DNA from: Promethearchaeia archaeon
GTDB taxonomy: Archaea > Asgardarchaeota > Lokiarchaeia > Sigyniarchaeales > SOKP01
Length of the DNA stretch: 64,000 nucleotides
Assembly (NCBI GenBank): GCA_029856045.1
Contig: JAHQWG010000048.1
Coordinates: 1-64,000 of the forward strand
Direction: 5' to 3'
Shown: positions 10,558-19,505 of the stretch, one piece after another
Numbering within the stretch: position 1 is the first letter of the stretch
Layout of the letters: each line of letters begins with the position of its first letter
Translations under genes and position numbers: made by a program
The notes under the pieces: model-generated
Told to the model about the DNA's origin: nothing
What the model saw: only the letters and a program-made list of their open reading frames with translations
Databases searched by the model: none

Positions 10558-11052
10558 ATGTCCGAAGAAGATAAATATAGTAAAATTGTAAAACAAATTA
10601 AATCAGAATTGGAAACCAATACTTTAATCGCAAATAAATATGGTGTAATATTAGGTTCTGAAATTGAAGATTTGAATAAAGGAAAAATTATTCCGCCAGA
10701 AATTTTGGATTTGATAAATCAGAGAGCGAAATTCGCTAAAAGTCTTAAATTGAAAGAAATATATTCAATAATTTTAGAAAGCGAAAAAGCTTTTTTCTTA
10801 ATTACTAAAACTAGTGAATTAATTTTACTAGCGCAATTAAAAAAAAGTGTAGATTTATCACAACTTATTCCAAGTGTAAAAAAGTTTCTCGAAAAATTAG
10901 CAGTGGGTATTGCAAAAAAACTTGAAATTGATGAATTTTCAAAATTTGAATTCGTAAAAGAAATAATTAAGTTAGATGATTCATTAAAAACAGATGAACA
11001 AAGGCAGCTAAAATTTAATATTATTAAAGATTTAATTAAATATATTTCATAA
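10558..11052 (+). CDS. Roadblock/LC7-like protein with C-terminal extension
   Basis: Helix, TLIANKYGVILGS beta-hairpin, helix, three strands (SIILESE/FLITK/LILLAQ), helix; directly upstream of a small-GTPase gene. Confidence 0.6.
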   Translation: MSEEDKYSKIVKQIKSELETNTLIANKYGVILGSEIEDLNKGKIIPPEILDLINQRAKFAKSLKLKEIYSIILESEKAFFLITKTSELILLAQLKKSVDLSQLIPSVKKFLEKLAVGIAKKLEIDEFSKFEFVKEIIKLDDSLKTDEQRQLKFNIIKDLIKYIS

Positions 11053-11113
11053 ATTTGTATAAATAAATTTAAAACGTGTATTATAAGTTAAAAGTATAAG
11101 ATTTAATATTTAG

Positions 11114-13105
11114 GTGAATATTATTCTAAGGCAAGTTTATATTTATAAAGAGGGTGAATTGATATATTCCTGTCAGTTTGGCAAGGCATTAACGCAAGAA
11201 GATTTTACTAGTTTGTTCAAACAACTACGTAAAGATGCTATGGCTGCACCAAGTGATAAGATTGAATATCATGATTATTATAAATATAGAATCACATACG
11301 CTACAGAAAAAAAATTAGATTTAATGTTTCTATTTGTAACCGGTTTAACTGATTCATCCAAAGATATTAAAACTGAATTGCTTAGATGTAAAAGGGAATT
11401 TCTGAATCTTTTTGGGGATATAATCAAAACTGAATTTGATTCTAAAACTTTTGAAGTATTTGACCCAACAATTGATGTAATTCATAAAAATTTACGCCCC
11501 AAAATTTCACTCGTAGGATTTTCTGGTGTTGGAAAGACAACAATAACTAGATTAATTAGGGCTGAAGAAATACCGATGGAACATATCCCTACTATAACTG
11601 GAGATATAGCAACTATAAAAATAGGGAAATTACACTTTCACTTATGGGATTTTGCAGGACAAGAACAGTTTAGCTATTTATGGAATAACTTTGTTAAAGG
11701 TAGTGACGCAGTCCTTCTCATTACAGATTCAACTTTAGAAAATATAGAAAAAAGTAGATTTTTCCTCGATTTAATAAAAGATGAAGCACCCCACGCACAT
11801 ACTGCAATAATTGGAAACAAACAAGATCTTTCAGATGCTCTTCCTGTAACAGAAATTGAGAATATTTTAGGTTTAAAAACTTATAAAATGATTGCAAATA
11901 AAAATGAAAATCGGGATAAAATGATTACAATAATTGCTGATATCCTTGAAATGAGTTCAGAAGTAAGCCCCTTATTGAAACCATTGATTGAGAGAGATAA
12001 ATTATTACAAGACGCTGAATTATCACTTAATGAAGGCAATTTCCAAAATTCTTTAACCTTATTTGAAAAAATTGCGGATTTATGTCTTGATTTAGGTGAT
12101 GATAGTTTAGGAAATGAATTTAATGAAAAAGCCCAGAAGATTAAAGAAATTTTAGTAAAGATGGAAACAACACCAGTTGAGATTGTTAAACCAAAGGAAG
12201 AAGGAGTTCAACCTGCATCGGTAAAATCAACATCACCTGAACCCAAAGTTGCTCCTAAACCGGCGATTCCTAAACCACCAGTAATAATAATACCAGATGC
12301 AGCTGAACCTAAAGCTGCTCCTAAACCGGCGATTCCTAAATCACCAGCAATAAAAAAACCAAGTGTACCAGAACCTAAAGCTGCTCCAAAACCAGCGATT
12401 CCTAAACCACCAGCAATAAAAAAACCAAGTGTACCAGAACCTAAAGCTGCTCCAAAACCAGCGATTCCTAAACCACCAACAATAAAAAAAACAACTGTAC
12501 CTGAATCCAAAGTTGCTCCAAAACCAACTTCACCTAAATCACAATCCACACAGCCAAAATTAACAATTAATCTCGCAGATTTTAAAATTAAACCCCGTCC
12601 AACAAATATCTTATCCGCAAAAACCACCGGACCTAAACAATCATTAACGGTCAGTCCGTTTAGTGCTATAAAACAAGAAGAAACTCAACCAAAACCATAC
12701 ACTACTAAACCCAAATCACCATATCAACAACCCTTGCCTGATTCTAAGAGACCATCTCCGCCAATGCAAATACCACAGCCACCCATCCCACCGAAAGCTC
12801 CCCCTCAAACCTCTATTCCAAAGCCTATGACTCAACCAACACCAGCTAAAACCAAACCCCCAATAACAATCATAAGTGACCAAGGAGGTACACAAAAAGA
12901 TGAACTTGAAAAAACTTTAATGGATTTAAAGATTAAATTTGCAAATATTTCTAAAATGGAACTCGACCTTGATATGAAAGAAATTTCAGGGGAAATAACC
13001 TCAGAAGAGTTTAATGAGAAATCACAAAAAATTAAAGCCATAAAAGAGAATATTTCAAAACAAATTGAAGATATTCAGAATCTGTTAAATAGTTTTAGCG
13101 CATAG
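11114..13105 (+). CDS. Multidomain Arf-related GTPase: longin-like domain, G domain, MIT/TPR-like bundle, Pro-rich repeats, C-terminal helical hairpin
   Basis: G1 GFSGVGKTT, G2 PTIT, G3 WDFAGQE, Arf-type LWNNF, G4 GNKQD. N-terminal longin-type pattern. True start may be ATT at 11123. Confidence 0.88.
   Translation: MNIILRQVYIYKEGELIYSCQFGKALTQEDFTSLFKQLRKDAMAAPSDKIEYHDYYKYRITYATEKKLDLMFLFVTGLTDSSKDIKTELLRCKREFLNLFGDIIKTEFDSKTFEVFDPTIDVIHKNLRPKISLVGFSGVGKTTITRLIRAEEIPMEHIPTITGDIATIKIGKLHFHLWDFAGQEQFSYLWNNFVKGSDAVLLITDSTLENIEKSRFFLDLIKDEAPHAHTAIIGNKQDLSDALPVTEIENILGLKTYKMIANKNENRDKMITIIADILEMSSEVSPLLKPLIERDKLLQDAELSLNEGNFQNSLTLFEKIADLCLDLGDDSLGNEFNEKAQKIKEILVKMETTPVEIVKPKEEGVQPASVKSTSPEPKVAPKPAIPKPPVIIIPDAAEPKAAPKPAIPKSPAIKKPSVPEPKAAPKPAIPKPPAIKKPSVPEPKAAPKPAIPKPPTIKKTTVPESKVAPKPTSPKSQSTQPKLTINLADFKIKPRPTNILSAKTTGPKQSLTVSPFSAIKQEETQPKPYTTKPKSPYQQPLPDSKRPSPPMQIPQPPIPPKAPPQTSIPKPMTQPTPAKTKPPITIISDQGGTQKDELEKTLMDLKIKFANISKMELDLDMKEISGEITSEEFNEKSQKIKAIKENISKQIEDIQNLLNSFSA
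12239..12525 (+). repeat. 66-bp coding tandem repeat (EPKAAPKPAIPKPPAIKKPSVP), ~4.3 copies
   Basis: Units start at 12239, 12305, 12371, 12437 and 12503. Confidence 0.92.
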
Positions 13106-13174
13106 AAAATTATAGAATAAATTCCTTAAAATTACATATATGCAGAAATATTTTATAACACTTTTTCTTTCTCA

Positions 13175-13186
13175 TTTTTTTTTTTT
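13175..13186 (+). terminator. Oligo-T tract, putative archaeal terminator
   Basis: T12 about 70 nt after the GTPase stop codon. Confidence 0.4.
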
Positions 13187-13227
13187 ATGCATAAAATTTA
13201 TGTTTTCAATTTGCAACTTTCCAAATA

Positions 13228-13235
13228 TTTATATA
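13228..13235 (+). promoter_or_regulatory. Putative TATA box of the dodecin gene
   Basis: TTTATATA about 55 nt upstream of ATG 13289; weak evidence in AT-rich DNA. Confidence 0.3.
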
Positions 13236-13288
13236 TTCGAAAATAAAAATTAACATTACCATAAAATTCTAATAAGAGTGATAATAAA

Positions 13289-13495
13289 ATGCCTGTTTAT
13301 AAATCAATTGAAATTGTTGCAACTTCAGATAAAAATTGGGCTGAGGCCGTAAAAGAAGGTTATGCCGAAGCAAAAAAGAGTTTAAAAGGTATTAGAAATA
13401 TATCCATAATTCAATCTGATGTTAAAGTAAAAGAAGATAAAGATGAACTAATCTATCGAGTAAGAATGCAAATAAATTTTGAACTTGAGAAATAA
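13289..13495 (+). CDS. Dodecin (flavin-binding)
   Basis: 68 aa, VYKSIEIVATSDKNWAEAV..AKKSLKGIR..YRVRMQINFEL. Confidence 0.92.
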   Translation: MPVYKSIEIVATSDKNWAEAVKEGYAEAKKSLKGIRNISIIQSDVKVKEDKDELIYRVRMQINFELEK

Positions 13496-13508
13496 ATAAT
13501 TAATAGCA

Positions 13509-13540
13509 TTTTTTTTTTTCTCTCGTGTCTTTTTTTTTTT
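13509..13540 (+). terminator. Double oligo-T tract, putative terminator
   Basis: Two T11 runs just after the dodecin stop codon. Confidence 0.45.
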
Positions 13541-13608
13541 ATTTAGAAAACAAAAGGGTTATTTATTTTAAATTATTAATTATTAGAATAAGCCGGGTAT
13601 ATTGATAA

Positions 13609-15012
13609 ATGGCAATTGTTATAATGAAATTTGGCGGTAGCTGCTTACAAGACGTAGACTCATTTAAAAACATACTTAATATTACAGAAATTTATAAAGA
13701 GCATAAAAAAGTTTATGTAGCCTCCGCATTTAAAGGGATCACGGATTTATTATTAGATATCGGCAAAAAAGCAGAAATGGGAATTGATATTGATAAAAAT
13801 ATTGCTTTTATCGAAAAAAAAAATTATGATATAATCGATGAAATTTTTGGTGATAATGAAGAATATGCAAATGTCGCTAAAATATATATTGATAAGAAAA
13901 TTAGCGAACTCGAAGATGCATTAATTGATGTTAATGAGTTTGGATTTGAGCCATTTTATCAAGATTATGTTCTAAGTTTTGGTGAGATCTTTTCTACTTA
14001 CATTTTACATCTATATCTTAAAATAAATGGATATAATGTAGTGTTTATCCCTGCAAATGAATTGATAATAACTGATGATAATTTCGGGAATGCTTTTCCA
14101 CTTTATAAATATACACAAAACCGAATTAGGAAGAAAATGATCCCACTCCTGGATAATCCAAATGACATTACAATATTTTGTATTACCGGGTTTATTGGTC
14201 GAAATAAAATCGGCTATATAACCACACTAGGTCGAGGTGGCTCCGATTATACAGCGACAATTCTCGCCCATACAATTTATGATAGCTGTAAATTTAAAGA
14301 TATTACAGTTATTCTCTGGAAGAATGTTGATGGACTGCTTGTTTCTGACCCAAAATATATAAATAATTCCAAACCACAATTAGTTAAAATTCTAGATTAT
14401 AACGAAGCAAAAGAAATGGCATTTTTTGGGGCAAAGATTCTGCACCCGAAATGTCTGGAAGCAATAGAACCATATAAAATCCCCTTAGAGATTAGAAATT
14501 TTAATAACCCTCTCGAGAAATCTCAATTTACCATAATTTCGGAAAAAACAGACAAATCAAATATAAAAGGAATCTCCACCGTCGAAGAAGTTGCAATGAT
14601 AACCGTTTCTTCGGGAAGTATGGTCGAGGTTCCTGGTGTTCTTGCCAAAATATTTAACATTATGGGAGATAATAAAATAAATGTTTCTTTAGTTGCTCAA
14701 AGCTCCAGTGAAATTAATACCACATTTATTGTAGATGTGAATGATGGAAAAAAAGCATCAAATTTAATTAAAGAAAATGAATTCTTCAAGAATTTCTTTG
14801 ATATAAAAATTGAGTCTGTAGGAATACTTGCAGTCATTGGATTACAAGTTCTTGATACAAAAATTAAGGCACGTATCTTTAATGCTCTTAGTTCAAATGA
14901 TATCAATGTTAAATCAATTTCACAATCCGCCCAAGGATTGAACATATCATTGGTTATTAATAAAGAGGATATCGAAAAAGCTGTAAATTGCCTCCACGAG
15001 GAATTTCAGTAG
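13609..15012 (+). CDS. lysC: Aspartate kinase with ACT domains
   Basis: MKFGGS, TTLGRGGSDYTA, EAKEMAFFGAKILHP, two ACT domains (QSSSEIN). Confidence 0.93.
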   Translation: MAIVIMKFGGSCLQDVDSFKNILNITEIYKEHKKVYVASAFKGITDLLLDIGKKAEMGIDIDKNIAFIEKKNYDIIDEIFGDNEEYANVAKIYIDKKISELEDALIDVNEFGFEPFYQDYVLSFGEIFSTYILHLYLKINGYNVVFIPANELIITDDNFGNAFPLYKYTQNRIRKKMIPLLDNPNDITIFCITGFIGRNKIGYITTLGRGGSDYTATILAHTIYDSCKFKDITVILWKNVDGLLVSDPKYINNSKPQLVKILDYNEAKEMAFFGAKILHPKCLEAIEPYKIPLEIRNFNNPLEKSQFTIISEKTDKSNIKGISTVEEVAMITVSSGSMVEVPGVLAKIFNIMGDNKINVSLVAQSSSEINTTFIVDVNDGKKASNLIKENEFFKNFFDIKIESVGILAVIGLQVLDTKIKARIFNALSSNDINVKSISQSAQGLNISLVINKEDIEKAVNCLHEEFQ

Positions 15013-15079
15013 TTAAATTCCACGTTTCCACTTATTGATTGAATTAAAATTAAATTAAAAAAAAAGAAAAATATTATAA

Positions 15080-15561
15080 TTAATATCTCGTTCTAACTGA
15101 TGTAATTCGTAGTTTTGCTTTTGTATTTTCTTCTTTATCTTGTAAAATATTATATTCAGTTTTCTGTGGCAGATTGATCTTAAATTTATGCTCAGAAACA
15201 GTTTGATCTTTTTTCCCCTTATCTTGTTCTCTTAAGAGAACTGAAACTTCCAACTCATTATCTTTCCCCGAACGAATTGTTTTAAATTGAGTCCATAAAT
15301 TCATATCAGATTTTGAAGTAAATGATTGATTTTTTTGCAACTTAATAACAACCTTGTCCGGAAAAGGTGCTTTCATCATCTTTTCCCCATCAATCTTAAA
15401 ATAAAATTCTCCAACTCGACCCAAAGAATCATAATCCTTTAGAGTTTTTAAGGAGATTAAATCTATACTAACTTGATACCTTTCTTTCTCCGTTGCCCCT
15501 TTGGTAAATGATTCTCCTTTAGCATGCGTTTTTTCCCTTTTACATAAACTCTTCTTCCCAT
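15080..15561 (-). CDS. C2-like beta-sandwich protein; 5' end frameshifted or non-canonically started
   Basis: The tracked frame (15080-15424) extends upstream: YQVSIDLISLKTLKDYDSLGRVGEFYFKI..LEVSVLLREQDKGKKDQ. The ATG at 15561 is one base out of frame across an A6 run. Confidence 0.5.
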
Positions 15562-15764
15562 AACCATCAAATTACTTAAATTCATTTAAAAATAGAATTA
15601 TGTAAATAGATAAGAATATATAAAATATAAAAAATTTTGCTTAAAAGAAAATAAGTTTGCAATTACTACACAATTTGGTTCAAATTGAATTTAAAAAATT
15701 AGATAGTGTAAAAAATAATAAACCAAAACTGTAAATTTTAAAAAGATAAAACTTAAACTGGGAA

Positions 15765-16301
15765 TTATTGGCCTGAACGAGATTTAATAATTCGTCGGGT
15801 CAATTCACCAAAAGCTTCCTCAACGTGCACTCCAGTCTTAGCAGATGTTTCAATGTAAATTGAATTCTCAGCCTCAGCAAATCTTTTTGCTTCCTCTCTG
15901 TCAATCACTTCCCCAACATCCTCAATTAAATCAACTTTATTACCTGCAAGAACAAATGGTATATGTTCTCCGGCAAATTGCCGAATCTCCGCTAACCATT
16001 TTCGAATTTCAGCATAAGTCTGTGCCCTTGAGAGATCGAAAACTAGAAGAACTCCCGCTGCACCCTTATAAAACGTGCTTCTAATGAACTCAAATCTTTG
16101 TTGCCCCCCAATATCCCATATGCTCAACGTTGCAATCTCGTCTCCATCATAATTAACATCCTTTGTTAAAATATCAACACCAACAGTTAGTTTATAGTTT
16201 GTAGCAAATCGATTCTTGATAAAACGCTGAACCAAGGAAGTTTTTCCTACTGCGGCAGCACCGCATAAAAGAACTTTAAGCTTATATGAAGACATAATCA
16301 A
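15765..16301 (-). CDS. Rab-like small GTPase
   Basis: GAAAVGKTS, YKLTVGVD, WDIGGQQRF, FYKGAAG, GNKVD, ETSAKTG; no C-terminal Cys. Confidence 0.95.
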   Translation of the reverse strand: MIMSSYKLKVLLCGAAAVGKTSLVQRFIKNRFATNYKLTVGVDILTKDVNYDGDEIATLSIWDIGGQQRFEFIRSTFYKGAAGVLLVFDLSRAQTYAEIRKWLAEIRQFAGEHIPFVLAGNKVDLIEDVGEVIDREEAKRFAEAENSIYIETSAKTGVHVEEAFGELTRRIIKSRSGQ

Positions 16302-16516
16302 CCAATTCCTATGAATTAAGTTATCACATTATTATTTTAGTTATAATGTTATTATTTAAATTATATCACAATATAAAAATACTTTTTTATTAGATTTATA
16401 TTCTTATAATCAATTTCGAATTTTTAAATTATTTCTTTTTGCCTTTATAAATATAGAAGTATAGAGGATGATCTTGCAATTTTTCACTTTTTAAACATTT
16501 CTTTTTATAAAATTAA

Positions 16517-17491
16517 TTAAATTGCATAATTTCTACTTTTGGACCATTCAATATAATCCTTAAGCCCTGATTGAATATCATATTTTGGCTCAAATTTTAA
16601 AATTTTATTCGCTTTTTTAATATCCGCAAAACTATCTCGAATATCACCTGGTCTGGGATCCGTATGATCAACCCTTAAATGCTCTTTCCCGCATACTTCT
16701 TTCATAATAGCTGCAAGTTTATTTACTGTAATTGGAGAGCTCGCTCCTATATTGAACATCTCACCTGAAATATTCTTCGTTGCCCCGGCAAGCAAATTTG
16801 CATCTACCACATCTTTAATGTAAGTGAAATCCCGACGCTGCTCCCCATCTCCAAACACAATCGGATTTTCATTCCGGTATATCCGCCCCAGCCAAATCGG
16901 TATAACTCCGCTATACGTTGAGTCCTTCTGTCTCGGACCATAAACATTGAAATACCTTAACGCTACGGTGTTTAAACCATAAACCTTAAAATAGGCATAA
17001 AGATACTTCTCACACGCCAACTTTGCTACGCCATAAGGAGAAATTGGGATAAGATTCATATCCTCCCTTTTCGGTAAGGTCGGTGTATCCCCATAAACCG
17101 ATGAACTCGAGGCAAAAATGATTGCTTCTACGTCCCGAATCCTCGCAGCATTCAAAATATTGAGCGTGCCACCAACATTCACCTCATTGCAAGTAATTGG
17201 CATCTTGATAGATTGCGGAACACTCGTAAATGCAGCCTCATGATAAATGATATCAATATCCTCGCACACCTCCAATAAAAACCCAAAATCCCGAATATCA
17301 GCCTTGTGAAATGTGAAATTCGGATTTTGCAGCGCACCACCCAAATTTTCCATACGACCGTTGAATAAATTATCAAGCCCAATTACATGTGCTCCTTTCT
17401 CCAAGAGTGTATCGGTCAAATTGCTGCCGATAAACCCTGCAGCACCTGAAACTAAAATTTTTATCCCGTCTAAATCTAAAATGTAAATCAC
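16517..17491 (-). CDS. NAD-dependent nucleotide-sugar epimerase (GalE/WbpP-like)
   Basis: GAAGFIGS, HEAAFTSVPQS, SSSSVYG, PISPYGVAK, LRYFNVYGPRQ. Confidence 0.93.
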   Translation of the reverse strand: MIYILDLDGIKILVSGAAGFIGSNLTDTLLEKGAHVIGLDNLFNGRMENLGGALQNPNFTFHKADIRDFGFLLEVCEDIDIIYHEAAFTSVPQSIKMPITCNEVNVGGTLNILNAARIRDVEAIIFASSSSVYGDTPTLPKREDMNLIPISPYGVAKLACEKYLYAYFKVYGLNTVALRYFNVYGPRQKDSTYSGVIPIWLGRIYRNENPIVFGDGEQRRDFTYIKDVVDANLLAGATKNISGEMFNIGASSPITVNKLAAIMKEVCGKEHLRVDHTDPRPGDIRDSFADIKKANKILKFEPKYDIQSGLKDYIEWSKSRNYAI

Positions 17492-17536
17492 CTAATTGAA
17501 AAAATCATTGCTATTATTATAAATTTCCCTTTTTAA

Positions 17537-18214
17537 AGAAAGAAAGAAAAATCTGTAATCGCTCCCGAACCAGAAATAGCTCCAGGACCAGTAAAAACAT
17601 CTAAACCAATAAAGGCACCAGAGCTGATAATTCCATCGCTAAAGATTCCCGGGCATGTTCCAATTGAAGAATTTGAGGAGACTATACCAACCACTACGGA
17701 TGAAGGTATATTAAAGGCGTAAAAAGACATTTATAAAGGTATTTCCAAATTTAAGGCACTTGAGGTACCAGAGGTGCTCGAGAAAGTTGATTTAACTCAT
17801 AAATTAGATACATTTAGAGAGAGATCGTCCGAAATCGCAAAAAAGATTTAAATTATAAAGAGGAAATTAGCGCGGTCGGAAAATTCTCTTGCGGATTTCA
17901 AATCGAGCAATACATCCTTAGAATTAGAATTACGGGATATTTTAAAGCAGATTGCGAAAATTAAGGAACTTATTGAATATCAAGAGTTAATTCAGAAGAG
18001 AGAAGTGGAACGAGAGTATGTTTCCAGTGCTGAAACAAAAGTTATAACTATATCAAAATCTATGGGCAGAAGGCGTTGTCCAAAATGCGGTAATAGCGAT
18101 AAATTTATGATAAGGGAAATGATTGATAAAGAGAATATTATTTTGGATTATCCACGTGTATATAGTGAAATATTCAGGTGCGAGCTCTGCGGAGTTGAGC
18201 GGCGTGAAAAATGA
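17537..18214 (+). pseudogene. Degraded gene: Pro-rich region, coiled coil, C-terminal Zn ribbon
   Basis: One protein-like frame with in-frame TAA at 17720 and 17849 and no start codon. Ends in RRRCPKCGN..CELCG (tracked ORF 18005-18214). Confidence 0.7.
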
Positions 18215-18359
18215 ATTTTAAAAATAATTTGCTATTTTTAACATTTTTAACTTGTATTAAATATAATTTGCCATTGAAAATAATTTTTTAATTCTTCAGA
18301 GACTTTTTGACGTGTTTAATTTTCCGCTCTCATCTTAATATATTTTTAAATCAAATGAT

Positions 18360-18977
18360 GTGAAAAATATAAAATTAAATTTAGAATATATATTATTAGA
18401 TTATAAAAAAGATGTAAAAAAAGTTTCAATTTCTAAAATGGATGATTTTAATTCAAATTTTTCCCAAGCAAGAAAGTGGATTTTAAGTTTTATTGGAGAT
18501 ATAAATCGAATAAAAAGAAGTTTTGATTTCGAGGATTATTCTGATGCTATTTTTAGAACTCAATTTGCTGTTGAGAAACTTAATAAAGCTATTTTAATTT
18601 TATTTGGATTAAAAATTAAAAAAACTCATACTCCATCAGATGCTATTAATGAAGACTTAATTTCTGAAAGAATAAAGATTTTAGATGAAGAAACAGAGAA
18701 ATTGTTATCAAAAATAACAAAGTCAACTAGAAAATTTGAAAAATTAGGGACTACTCCAAGATATGGGTTTGTTAGAGATAACGAACTAGTATTACCAGAG
18801 GAGCTTTATTCTTCAAAAGAGGATATAGAGCATTTGTTAAATGAATTCTTAACAATTTCAGAGGATTTTTTAATATTACTTAAAGGAAAATTTTCAAAAA
18901 ATGAGACAATTAAAGTGATTATAAAAAAATTAAGCAAATGTGTAGGAGAATATAAAGCATGGATAGAGAAAAAATAA
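18360..18977 (+). CDS. HEPN domain protein
   Basis: AIFRTQFAVEKLNKAIL..KTH..RYG; overlaps the downstream MNT gene. Confidence 0.82.
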   Translation: MKNIKLNLEYILLDYKKDVKKVSISKMDDFNSNFSQARKWILSFIGDINRIKRSFDFEDYSDAIFRTQFAVEKLNKAILILFGLKIKKTHTPSDAINEDLISERIKILDEETEKLLSKITKSTRKFEKLGTTPRYGFVRDNELVLPEELYSSKEDIEHLLNEFLTISEDFLILLKGKFSKNETIKVIIKKLSKCVGEYKAWIEKK

Positions 18978-19459
18978 ACTTAGATTTCATTCAAAATGGA
19001 TACTTTAGTAAGCGTATTAATAGATATATTGAAAGGTTATTAGATTTAAATGAAATAAATGTTTTTGGTGTGTTGCTTTTTGGGTCAGTAGCTCGAGGGG
19101 AAGAAAAGAGGAATAATGAATATACCAGTGATATTGATCTTCTTATAATAATAGAGGAGCAAGGTTTGCCTGAAAAACATATTGATCGTATCTCATTTGA
19201 AGTTGAATTAATGTTTGGCTATGATCAAGGTATTGAAGCAATATGGTGGAATTTATCTGAACTTAATACTGCTTTAAGTAATAAAATGCCGATGATTTTG
19301 GATGCCATGGATGAGGGAAAAATATTATACGATCCAAATAAAATTTTAAAAAATGCTCGTAAATCTTTATTAAAAGAATTAAAATTAATTGGAGTTAGAA
19401 AAAGGAAGAATTCATGGGTTTGGCCCTTAGAGAAAATTGGGGATAAAATTATTTTTTAA
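18959..19459 (+). CDS. Minimal nucleotidyltransferase (MNT), HEPN partner
   Basis: LLFGSVARGE..SDIDLLII, LDAMDEGKILYDP. Confidence 0.9.
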   Translation: MDREKINLDFIQNGYFSKRINRYIERLLDLNEINVFGVLLFGSVARGEEKRNNEYTSDIDLLIIIEEQGLPEKHIDRISFEVELMFGYDQGIEAIWWNLSELNTALSNKMPMILDAMDEGKILYDPNKILKNARKSLLKELKLIGVRKRKNSWVWPLEKIGDKIIF

Positions 19460-19505
19460 AAAAGCATAATTATTTTGGATTATCTTCGAGTATATGGCAA
19501 AAAAT

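Noticed and set aside
12208-12627. 139-aa Gly/Ala-rich minus-strand ORF
   Set aside because: Antisense shadow of the Pro-rich repeat.
17533-17730. 65-aa minus-strand ORF
   Set aside because: Antisense to the plus-strand pseudogene, whose frame continues into the Zn ribbon.
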